The position numbers and the translations under genes were made by a program. Positions 9,169 through 17,178 of a stretch of DNA of 64,000 nt are shown one piece after another. Numbering within the stretch: position 1 is the first letter of the stretch; each line of letters opens with the position of its first letter. A model generated the notes under the pieces. It saw only the letters and a program-made list of their open reading frames with translations, was not told the DNA's origin and did not search any database. The DNA comes from an uncultured Candidatus Saccharibacteria bacterium (GTDB lineage Bacteria; Patescibacteriota; Saccharimonadia; Saccharimonadales; Saccharimonadaceae): positions 12,018 through 76,017 of the forward strand of contig CAZOPB010000004.1 in assembly GCA_964581595.1 (NCBI GenBank), in the 5' to 3' direction.

Positions 9169-9904
9169 TGAGCAGACGAAGAGCGTAGCCAGTAAGCAGG
9201 CTGGCGGTACGGAGGAGATCGTGACCACGAGCTGCAGCGGGCGAGTCATTACGCCGGAAATGATTGAGTTTGCCACACGCAGAAAGCTGGCCAGGCCACT
9301 GAAGACTGTCTTCGATATTGATGATGTGGCGTGGGATCTTTCGGGTACAGTGGCGAAAAAGGTAGGCGTGAATTATGAAGATCTAATTGATTTTCATATT
9401 CTGCAAAATGAGCGCTTAGCTATGGAAAAACGCCTGGCGATAAATGACTGTTATCGGCAGATGGAGACTTTCCAGAACATGCAGTTTTATCCGGGGTTTG
9501 ATCAGGTGATGGACCTACAGAAAATCGGCGCACTGATCCAGATGAACTCGAATTCGTTCTCAGTGGAGGTGCGCGACAGTAAGATTTCTCAGATCTTCGC
9601 AGCGGCGCCGGGAGTGTGGTATGATCATCTGCGGTTCAATGTCGTAGATGAGAAGACTACGCTGAAGAAGCGGTTTGACGACGACACCTATATCTTGGTG
9701 GATGATAGTCCATACAACGTGGCGATATCGCCGGCAACGTGGAATATTATGCCGTGTGTCCCGTGGAATCAGACGACGAAGGCTCGTGCAGTCGTCAGGG
9801 GCAAGACAGTAATTTATGTGCCGGCCGGAGATTTCCGGACCATTATCCGGCTGGTGGCAAATTTGTTGCATCCGGGTATTACCTCCTTGGAAAATTGCGC
9901 CTAA
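9161..9904 (+). CDS. 5'(3')-deoxyribonucleotidase-like HAD phosphatase (NT5C family), copy 2
   Basis: It is paralogous to copy 1, with FDIDDVAWD and ILVDDSPYNV. The GTG at 9161 overlaps the copy-1 stop; an ATG at 9260 is an alternative start. Confidence 0.6.
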   Translation: MLSEQTKSVASKQAGGTEEIVTTSCSGRVITPEMIEFATRRKLARPLKTVFDIDDVAWDLSGTVAKKVGVNYEDLIDFHILQNERLAMEKRLAINDCYRQMETFQNMQFYPGFDQVMDLQKIGALIQMNSNSFSVEVRDSKISQIFAAAPGVWYDHLRFNVVDEKTTLKKRFDDDTYILVDDSPYNVAISPATWNIMPCVPWNQTTKARAVVRGKTVIYVPAGDFRTIIRLVANLLHPGITSLENCA

Positions 9905-9920
9905 GTACCATAGGCGTAAT

Positions 9921-9953
9921 AGCCCTCTGCACGAGCAGGGGGCTTTTTCTTTT
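9921..9953 (+). terminator. intrinsic terminator after the nucleotidase pair
   Basis: The stem is AGCCCTCTGC-acga-GCAGGGGGCT, followed by TTTTTCTTTT. Confidence 0.7.
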
Positions 9954-10049
9954 AGAAATTTGCTTTGGCTATTTTATATGACTAGCCTTTTGCTACACGA
10001 ACCTACATTCTTATTAATGAAATTATGCAACAATATCCTATGATTCGGT

Positions 10050-10928
10050 TTAGCGCTTGCGTTTCTTGCGGTGCTGGGCGGCAGATTTCTTACGGGGATT
10101 TTGTGAATGATGATAGTCTTTGGGTGAGGTGTAATTTATTTTCTCAATAATAGGTGGTTCGTCGGCAGTGGGCTTGGCTGGCTTAGTTTTGCTAAGATTC
10201 TCTGACTTAACTTTACGAGCTTTCTCGGGTTTAATAGGCTCAACTGGGATTTCCTCCTCGATTTCAATGACCTGAATATGTGGGAGGACGACATTCTTGG
10301 CAAGTTTACCACTCATAATGAAATCCAATAAGTATAAAACATAGCCGGCTAATAAAATTCCTACGCTGGCCGCCAATATCCATTCAAGAAAATTCCAAAG
10401 GCCGAAATTATAATAATTAAGAATCTCGAGCGGATAGATTAGTTCGGAAGTACTGGGCAGAAAACCGGCAGTAAAAATCATGGTCGCTACATAGCAAGCC
10501 GGTAAGGCTAGCCAATAGAATGGCGCCATAATTCGCCAACGACCTTTTTTCACGAAGAGAAGCCAATCGAGAAAAGTCAAAACTGGCAGGACGAAGCATA
10601 ACATCCAGACCAGCCAAGTCTCAAGATGCGGCAGAGCAAAATGATGCTGGACGGAAAGAATTGCTACGGCAATCATGAGAATGTAGCTCATGATAATCAT
10701 ACCTTCGAAGACGGGTGCAGGATTTTTGCCAGAAATCTTTTTGCGAGCAAGGGCAAGATCAAGGGCAGAAATGAGAAAGTAAATGGCGGTGAGGATGAGC
10801 ACCCAGGTCGGGAAAAGCCGAAAAGCGGCGAGGCCAAACTGGCTAAGTAAATACCATTCAAGCGCCAAAGCAAGCGTACCAATAGTAAGTTTATAAAATG
10901 CAGCAACGGCTTTGCGATGAATATACAT
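10050..10928 (-). CDS. polytopic membrane protein with a Lys-rich C-terminal tail, hypothetical
   Basis: There are about 7 hydrophobic segments, then a tail reading EKARKVKSENLSKTKPAKP...HRKKRKR. Confidence 0.55.
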   Translation of the reverse strand: MYIHRKAVAAFYKLTIGTLALALEWYLLSQFGLAAFRLFPTWVLILTAIYFLISALDLALARKKISGKNPAPVFEGMIIMSYILMIAVAILSVQHHFALPHLETWLVWMLCFVLPVLTFLDWLLFVKKGRWRIMAPFYWLALPACYVATMIFTAGFLPSTSELIYPLEILNYYNFGLWNFLEWILAASVGILLAGYVLYLLDFIMSGKLAKNVVLPHIQVIEIEEEIPVEPIKPEKARKVKSENLSKTKPAKPTADEPPIIEKINYTSPKDYHHSQNPRKKSAAQHRKKRKR

Positions 10929-11145
10929 GATAATTTAATTATAATGCTTTCTCGGAAAACTGGCAACGGAAAATTATACTCGGAAAGTTGGAAAATATGC
11001 TCCGGTTTTCTTAAATTATACTAACAGGTTTCACAAGTATGTTCTTGTGTATATGCGCCAGGCTGCCCCTGTTATTTTGCGGAAAATTACAGCTTAAAAA
11101 ATCGTACCCTCGATTCTATTAATCATACTCGCCGTAAGCTTAATC

Positions 11146-11553
11146 TTACTCGGAAGTTTTATAATCATGCTCGCGGTAATTCTGAATAGCGGCGGCGAGA
11201 GCTTCGTGACCCAGGACAGAGCAATGGAACTTGTGCTGAGGCAATCCGCCTAGATATTCGGCAATTTCGGTAGGGCCGACTTTGAGCGCGTCGTCTAGAG
11301 TCTTGCCTTTGATGAGTTCCGACAAGGCGGAAGTAGAAGCGATGGCGCTGGCGCAGCCGTAAGTCTTCCATTTGACATCGGTAATAATATCGTCTTTGAT
11401 ACGGAGGAACATTTTCATCTGGTCGCCACAGACGGGATTGCCAACGATACCCTCGGCGTCGTGCGGATATTTAGATTCATCGCCCATCAGAAAATTTTGA
11501 GGTTTAAGAAAATGTTTTTTGACGATTTCCGAATACGCCCAAGGTTGTTCCAT
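11146..11553 (-). CDS. iscU: Fe-S cluster scaffold, NifU/IscU type
   Basis: Motifs GNPVCGDQMKMFL, YGCASAIASTSA and HKFHCSVLGHEAL give the three conserved Cys. Confidence 0.8.
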   Translation of the reverse strand: MEQPWAYSEIVKKHFLKPQNFLMGDESKYPHDAEGIVGNPVCGDQMKMFLRIKDDIITDVKWKTYGCASAIASTSALSELIKGKTLDDALKVGPTEIAEYLGGLPQHKFHCSVLGHEALAAAIQNYREHDYKTSE

Positions 11554-11555
11554 GA

Positions 11556-12680
11556 TTAATCTCCTATTTTAATTGTGCTGATGCCCTGCAGCTTCTTAAT
11601 AATATCTGGTAAAACTTGCATAACATGGTCAATATCCTGCTCAGTAGTATTAAGCCCGAGAGAAAAGCGAATGCTGCTATGCGCAATTTCGGCGTCATCT
11701 TGCGTGGCCATAATGACATGACTAGGCGACAGATCGCCTGCGGCGCAGGCCGAGCCAGTACCGACTGCAATGCCGGCAAGATCGAGATAGAGCTGAATAC
11801 TCTCGCCTTCGGCGGCACGAAAGCTCATATTGAGAAGATTTGGCAAGCAGCCCTCGGCCGGGCTATTAACGCTACTATACGGGACTTCTTTTAGAATTCG
11901 CTCTCTTAACTCGTCGCGCAGGGGCTTAATCTTTTCGGCGTACTGGCGGCAGCTCCAATTATCCCAGCACCATTTAGCAGCGACGCCTAGCCCAGCAATC
12001 GCCAAGATATTGCTAGTGCCGGCGCGGAGTTTATTTTCTTGATGACCACCGAAAATAAGCGGCGTCAACTTGCGACTTTTTTTACAATATATTATACCTA
12101 CGCCGAGTGGAGCGCCGATTTTGTGGCCACTGGCCGTAAGGTAATCAACATCCAGATCCTTAACATCGATATGAGTCTTGCCGAGAGCTTGAGTAGCGTC
12201 GGTATGAAATGCAGTATTATTTCGATGACAATTCCCCGCTATTTCTCGAACCGGCTCGAGCGTGCCAAGTTCATTATTGGCCATCATGACAGAAACTAAA
12301 TCAGCATCACTAGGGATATCCGTAGGATCTATTCGTCCCCAACGATCAACCTGGATAAGTTCTAACTTTTTGGCACGGGCCCTGGCGGCTTCTAAGACAG
12401 AAGGGTGCTCAATGCTGCTCACGGCAATATTTTGACCAGCATAGGTATTAATAATAGTATTATTCGACTCGCTGCCGCCAGAAGTGAAGATAATTTCTTC
12501 AGGCTCGGCGTTAATCAATCGAGCAACATTAGCTCTAGCTTCCTCAATAATTACTCTTCCCTGCTGGCCAGGACTATGCAAGGCCGAAGCATTACCAAAG
12601 TCGAGGTCGATAAGCCGTTTTAGGGTTTCTCGAACTTCTGGAAGCATCGGTGTAGTAGCAGCATTATCGAGGTAAATCAT
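11556..12680 (-). CDS. iscS: cysteine desulfurase (class I, NifS/IscS-like)
   Basis: MIYLDNAATTP, the PLP-lysine motif SGHKIGAPLGVGIIY and GSACAAG are present. The gene lies directly upstream of the scaffold gene. Confidence 0.85.
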   Translation of the reverse strand: MIYLDNAATTPMLPEVRETLKRLIDLDFGNASALHSPGQQGRVIIEEARANVARLINAEPEEIIFTSGGSESNNTIINTYAGQNIAVSSIEHPSVLEAARARAKKLELIQVDRWGRIDPTDIPSDADLVSVMMANNELGTLEPVREIAGNCHRNNTAFHTDATQALGKTHIDVKDLDVDYLTASGHKIGAPLGVGIIYCKKSRKLTPLIFGGHQENKLRAGTSNILAIAGLGVAAKWCWDNWSCRQYAEKIKPLRDELRERILKEVPYSSVNSPAEGCLPNLLNMSFRAAEGESIQLYLDLAGIAVGTGSACAAGDLSPSHVIMATQDDAEIAHSSIRFSLGLNTTEQDIDHVMQVLPDIIKKLQGISTIKIGD

Positions 12681-12681
12681 G

Positions 12682-13161
12682 TTATTTCCTAGTATATTCT
12701 ACGATTTCGTATTTAATTCCTTCGTATACGCCATCATGAAGGACCTTGCGGGTGAATTTCGACTTGTCAAATTCCGGAAAAAATGTATCGGCAGGCTGCA
12801 CGGCGGCGACTTCGGTCAAGTAAAGTTTCTCGGCGTCATTGATAAACATTTGGTATAATGCGTTGCCACCAATAATGAATTTCTGAGAGTTCTCTTTCTC
12901 TAAAAAACTTCTCAGCTCAGATTCATCATGACAAACTTTAACTCCAGTAACGTCTTGCCGCGACAAAATGATGTTTTCACGGTTTGGCAATGGTTTATTG
13001 CCGATAGATTCGTAAGTCTTGCGGCCCATGATGACGGTATTTCCCTGTGTAGTCTGGCGGAAAAAGCGCATGTCCTCGGGAATATGCCAGAGGAGATCTC
13101 CAGCCTTCCCAATACCAAGATCTTGACTGACGCAAGCGATGAGACATAGGTTGCTTATCAT
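12682..13161 (-). CDS. folA: dihydrofolate reductase
   Basis: Motifs IGKAGDLLWHIPEDMRFFRQTT, VIMGRKTYESI and FIIGGNALY are present. Confidence 0.9.
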   Translation of the reverse strand: MISNLCLIACVSQDLGIGKAGDLLWHIPEDMRFFRQTTQGNTVIMGRKTYESIGNKPLPNRENIILSRQDVTGVKVCHDESELRSFLEKENSQKFIIGGNALYQMFINDAEKLYLTEVAAVQPADTFFPEFDKSKFTRKVLHDGVYEGIKYEIVEYTRK

Positions 13162-13652
13162 TATTCTTCCCTTAAGATCTTTCCAGTACCAAGCTCGAGA
13201 TGCAAGAGGCGCTGATTACGAGAACCGCGAAATTTTAGGGTGAGATCGCGTTCGGCGAGAATAAAAGGTCCATCGATCAGCGCATCAAGGCTCTTCAGGA
13301 AGTCGACTGCCGCATCGCCCATTTCGAGGATTTTTTCGTAAGTGAAGCCCGAGAAAGACCAGACGTTCCAGCCGAGCTCGTTGCGACACCAATCAGCGAT
13401 GACCTTACAAGCTTCGGGCTGTGCGAACGGCTCGCCACCGCAAAAGGTAATGCCGGTTTGCCCGCGGAAGGTTTTGAGCTCGGCTTTGATATCTTCGATA
13501 TCAACCAAGACGCCGCCATTAAAGTCCCAGGTCTCAGGATTCTGACAGCCAGGACAATGATTAGGGCAGCCTTGAGTCCAAAGTACGGCGCGAAGGCCGT
13601 AGCCATTGACGATGTTGTCGTGTTCGAGGGGACCCGATAATCTTATTTGCAT
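13161..13652 (-). CDS. nrdG: anaerobic ribonucleotide reductase activating protein (radical SAM)
   Basis: WTQGCPNHCPGCQNPETW and ITFCGGEP are present. The gene lies downstream of nrdD. Confidence 0.9.
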   Translation of the reverse strand: MQIRLSGPLEHDNIVNGYGLRAVLWTQGCPNHCPGCQNPETWDFNGGVLVDIEDIKAELKTFRGQTGITFCGGEPFAQPEACKVIADWCRNELGWNVWSFSGFTYEKILEMGDAAVDFLKSLDALIDGPFILAERDLTLKFRGSRNQRLLHLELGTGKILREE

Positions 13653-13731
13653 GTTTTCCTTTGCTGAGATGGGGCTAGCTTAAGCGCGCTAGTCCCATCC
13701 GCTAACTTAGAGTTGATTAATATTATTAATA

Positions 13732-16131
13732 TTAGATTTTGCCGGTCATGGATTCTTGCTCGGCCTTGGCGGCTTCGCGGGCGGCTTTTTCTTCTACGCT
13801 GTAGACGCCATTGATATTGCTCTCGACTTCGCAAGCGCAGACTTTGCTAGAGCAAGGACCAACATTATGCTTGACACGGTCACGTTCTTCGGCCTTCTTA
13901 CCATCGTTCCAACGCTCAAGGCTACCGACGAGATAACCAGTGATACGGCGGAGACGTTCGAAGGGTACATCACCTTCACTTTCGATACGGCCACAGGATG
14001 GGCAACGATCACCTTTGATAATACCAGAGAAACCACAGACTGGATCGCGATCGACTGGGTGATTGACAGAGCCATAGCCGATACCAGATTCTTTCATCTT
14101 ACGAATGACGGCTTCGAAAGCTTCAATGTTTTGAGTAGGATCACCATCGAGCTCGATGTAAGTAATGTGGCCGGCGTTGCAGAGATTATGGTATGGAGCT
14201 TCGATTTCGATTTTGTCGAAGGCGCTAATCGGATAATAGACAGGGACATGGAAGCTGTTCGTGTAGTATTCACGGTCAGTGACGCCAGGGATAACACCAT
14301 ATTCTTTCTTATCAATCTTAGTAAAGCGACCAGCAATACCTTCGGCCGGGGTAGCCAAGAGCGAGAAGTTGAGATGATATTTCTTGGCGTAAGCATCACA
14401 TTTTTCGCGCATATGAGTAATGATATCGAGACCGAGCTCACGAGACTCCTCATCTTCGCCGTGATGCTTACCAGTCATAGCGACGAGACATTCGGCAAGA
14501 CCGATGAAACCAATGCTCAATGTGCCGTGCTTAATAACGTCGCGAAGAGTATCATTTGGCCCGAGCTTTTCGCTACCAAACCAGTTGCCTTGGCCCATGA
14601 GGAATGGGAAATTGCGCACATGCTGATTGGCTTGGAATTCGTAACGCTCGAGGAGCTGGTCGGCGCAGAGGTCCATTTTTTCATCAAGTTCGCGATAAAA
14701 ACCAGACCAGTCGGCTTCCTTACGCTCACCGGTACAAATACCATGCTTAATGCCGAGACGGACAAGGTTGACAGTAGTAAAGCTACAGTTGCCACGACCG
14801 GTAGTGATGCCATCTGATTCGGGGAAGACGCTGCTGTAGACGCGGGTGCGGCAACCCATAGTGGCGATTTCGGTACGATAGTCACCTGGCTTGTAATTTT
14901 TGAGATTGAATGGTGCATCGATAAAGACGAAGTTCGGGAAGAGGCGTTTGGCACTGACTTCCATGCTACGCTTGAAGAGGTCATAATTTTTATCGGAAGG
15001 ATTGTAGTTGATACCTTCCTTGACCTTGAAGATAGAAATTGGGAAGATCGGGGTCTCACCATGACCGAGACCAGCATCGGTAGCGTCAAGCAGAGCCTTA
15101 CTTACTAAGCGACCGGCTTCGGTGGTATCAGTACCAAAGTTGATAGAAGTGAATGGAACTTGAGCGCCGGCACGGGAATGCATGGTATTGAGATTATGGA
15201 TGAAGCCTTCCATAGCTTGGAACGTTTGCTTCTCGACATCTTCGTTAGCATCGTTGATAACGGCGTCTGGAATGCCTAACTCTTTGAGCTTTTCGACATT
15301 TTCGCCGTACTCGGCATCTTCGGGAATTTCGATATTTAATTCGTTGCCGGTGAAGTGATTATACTTTTCAAGATTGCGCTTCAGGGCTTTGCGATAACTC
15401 TTATTGACGCCCGGAGCCATGGCGTAATCGAAGTTCGGAATGGATTGACCGCCGTGCTGCTCGTTTTGGTTGGCCTGAAGGATAATAGCGGCGAGTGCAC
15501 CGTAACTGCCGATGCTATTCGGAGTACGGAGGTGACCGTGGCCGGTATTAAAACCACCGTTCTCAAAGAGCTGAAGCGGGTCGGTCTGACAACAAGTGAG
15601 AGTACCAGTAGCATAGAAATCTAGATCATGAATATGAATATCGCCATTATCATGAGCAGCAGCAAATTCTGGGCGCATCAAGATAGTCTTGGCGAACATT
15701 TTAGAACCTTCGGCGCCAAACTGGAGCATTTTACCCATGGCGGAGTTACCGTCGACGTTTGCATTGCCGCGCTTGACATCGGAATCTTCGGAGGCATCAG
15801 CGATAGCGATAGTCTTGTAGGTGGTCATGAGGTTGCTTTTGGCTTCACGGGTACGGTTGCGTTCTTGACGGAAAGTAATATATTGCTTAGCGGTGCGTTT
15901 GAAGGCGGATTCCATCAAAACTTGTTCGACGATATCTTGAATCTGCTCGACGCTCGGGGTGCGCTGCTTAATAGTCTCATTGGCAATGCGGACAACTTTG
16001 TCGGAAAGCTGCTTGGCGCGATCGTGCTTAAATTCTTCAGTAACGAGACCGGCCTTGGCAATAGCGTCAGTGATTTTTTCTGGTTCGAATGTTACGATAC
16101 TGCCATCTCTTTTAACGATTTTTTTGAACAT
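13732..16131 (-). CDS. nrdD: anaerobic ribonucleoside-triphosphate reductase
   Basis: It has an N-terminal ATP-cone (KIVKRDGSIVTFEPEKITDAI), a Zn ribbon (GDRCPSCGR) and the glycyl-radical motif RITGYLVG. AGGAGG lies upstream. A tail of about 50 aa follows the radical domain. Confidence 0.95.
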   Translation of the reverse strand: MFKKIVKRDGSIVTFEPEKITDAIAKAGLVTEEFKHDRAKQLSDKVVRIANETIKQRTPSVEQIQDIVEQVLMESAFKRTAKQYITFRQERNRTREAKSNLMTTYKTIAIADASEDSDVKRGNANVDGNSAMGKMLQFGAEGSKMFAKTILMRPEFAAAHDNGDIHIHDLDFYATGTLTCCQTDPLQLFENGGFNTGHGHLRTPNSIGSYGALAAIILQANQNEQHGGQSIPNFDYAMAPGVNKSYRKALKRNLEKYNHFTGNELNIEIPEDAEYGENVEKLKELGIPDAVINDANEDVEKQTFQAMEGFIHNLNTMHSRAGAQVPFTSINFGTDTTEAGRLVSKALLDATDAGLGHGETPIFPISIFKVKEGINYNPSDKNYDLFKRSMEVSAKRLFPNFVFIDAPFNLKNYKPGDYRTEIATMGCRTRVYSSVFPESDGITTGRGNCSFTTVNLVRLGIKHGICTGERKEADWSGFYRELDEKMDLCADQLLERYEFQANQHVRNFPFLMGQGNWFGSEKLGPNDTLRDVIKHGTLSIGFIGLAECLVAMTGKHHGEDEESRELGLDIITHMREKCDAYAKKYHLNFSLLATPAEGIAGRFTKIDKKEYGVIPGVTDREYYTNSFHVPVYYPISAFDKIEIEAPYHNLCNAGHITYIELDGDPTQNIEAFEAVIRKMKESGIGYGSVNHPVDRDPVCGFSGIIKGDRCPSCGRIESEGDVPFERLRRITGYLVGSLERWNDGKKAEERDRVKHNVGPCSSKVCACEVESNINGVYSVEEKAAREAAKAEQESMTGKI

Positions 16132-16199
16132 AAAAAATATACCTCCTGTTTGATATGTAATCGTTTTTGTATTATTTATACCTAAATGTTATCTATGTG

Positions 16200-16253
16200 A
16201 CACCATATTTAGTGTCTTATAAGTATTTTATGACACTATATATGGTGTGTCAA
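16200..16253 (-). promoter_or_regulatory. nrdD promoter with two NrdR boxes
   Basis: On the minus strand: TTGACA (rc of 16248-16253), 17 nt, TAAAAT (rc of 16225-16230). The 16-nt palindromic boxes are ACACCATATTTAGTGT (16200-16215) and ACACTATATATGGTGT (16233-16248), with centres 33 bp apart. Box 2 fills the -35/-10 spacer. Confidence 0.75.
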
Positions 16254-16410
16254 TGATTTTGAAGGGGATTTTTGGGCGATTTTGCTACAGGTTAGCACCT
16301 CTATAAAAACTGTGGAAAACCATTTTGGTATTTTATTTTTATGATTTTTTGGGCGTTTTGTGATGACGATTTTGTACATTTTTGCGGATAATGTGTTATT
16401 ATATAAGTAT

Positions 16411-16495
16411 GCCCGAGTGGTGAAATTGGTATACACGTATGCCTTAGGAGCATATGCCGCAAGGTGTGCTGGTTCAAGTCCAGTCTCGGGCACCA
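16411..16495 (+). tRNA. tRNA-Leu, anticodon UAG, class II (long variable arm), CCA encoded
   Basis: Hand-folded cloverleaf: acceptor GCCCGAG/CTCGGGC, anticodon stem TATGC/GCATA with loop CTTAGGA, variable arm TGCCGCAAGGTGT, T arm GCTGG-TTCAAGT-CCAGT, then ACCA. Confidence 0.9.
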
Positions 16496-16889
16496 GAGGA
16501 AAAATAGTCCCGTCAGGGGCTGTTTTTACTCTGGTGCGTAACTTGAATTAGGCGTGAAGGACGCGTAGCGCCTGTGCTGGGTCTAGGCAGCAGGAAGTGA
16601 GTGAGGAAAAATATTGATATTTTTCCTCCGAACTGACGCCCTGCCGCTGAGCAAATCTTTGATTTGCGAAGTTGTCCAGTCTCGGGCGCCATCTCCTAGA
16701 GAAAACCATTTGGTTTTCGCTGGGCGATGTTTTTTGTTTCAAGAGACTGGGTTGAACCGCTAGTCGCCAGACTAGTGGTTCACCGGCGATGGGAGACGAG
16801 AGAAGAATAGATATATTTTATTCTTTCGAGGCGACGCCCCGACGAATTGGTGTTCGTAAGAAAAAACCAAGTTCCAGTCTCGGGCACCA
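16496..16889 (+). repeat. two tandem units of about 197 bp, each ending in a copy of the tRNA-Leu 3' end
   Basis: GTCCAGTCTCGGGCACCA in the tRNA (16478-16495) recurs as GTCCAGTCTCGGGCGCCA (16674-16691) and TCCAGTCTCGGGCACCA (16873-16889). The unit bodies are diverged but collinear: a hairpin after the previous copy, a GC-rich hairpin, an AT-rich hairpin, then GACGCC. Confidence 0.8.
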
Positions 16890-17178
16890 AGCAATACGAG
16901 AGTTGATTTCAGCCAACTCAGCAAAAGGCCCCAACAGATGAAAGTTGAGTCTTTTTTGTTGAATTTTGAGGTTCGAAACCATCAATCTCAAAATTTCTTT
17001 TGTATTACTTTTATAAACGCATACAGAATGAGCAAAATACTTAATAATACGATATATACATATAAATAAATTTAAGCCTAAAAGAGAATTAAACCTGAAT
17101 TAATTTTCTTGTCTAGAAGAATAAAGGATACATATACATATATTTCTAGTGTTAAATCAAATTTATTATTAAACGTTT

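Noticed and set aside
8482-9276. 264-aa minus-strand ORF antisense to the first NT5C-like gene
   Set aside because: It has no SD or promoter and an Arg/Leu/Pro-rich translation. The plus frame carries the HAD motifs. The open antisense frame reflects locally raised GC.
13756-14817. 353-aa plus-strand ORF (and several others between 13.3 and 16.2 kb) antisense to nrdD/nrdG
   Set aside because: It lies entirely inside the strongly supported nrdD frame. The translation is low-complexity with no motifs, start context or terminator. It is a typical shadow ORF.
16496-16889. Additional tRNA genes or tRNA pseudogenes after tRNA-Leu
   Set aside because: Only the 3' 17-22 nt match the tRNA. I could not fold D or anticodon arms or a matching 5' acceptor strand (GCCCTGCCG / GCCCCGACG pair poorly). 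I treat them as repeat units rather than tRNA genes.
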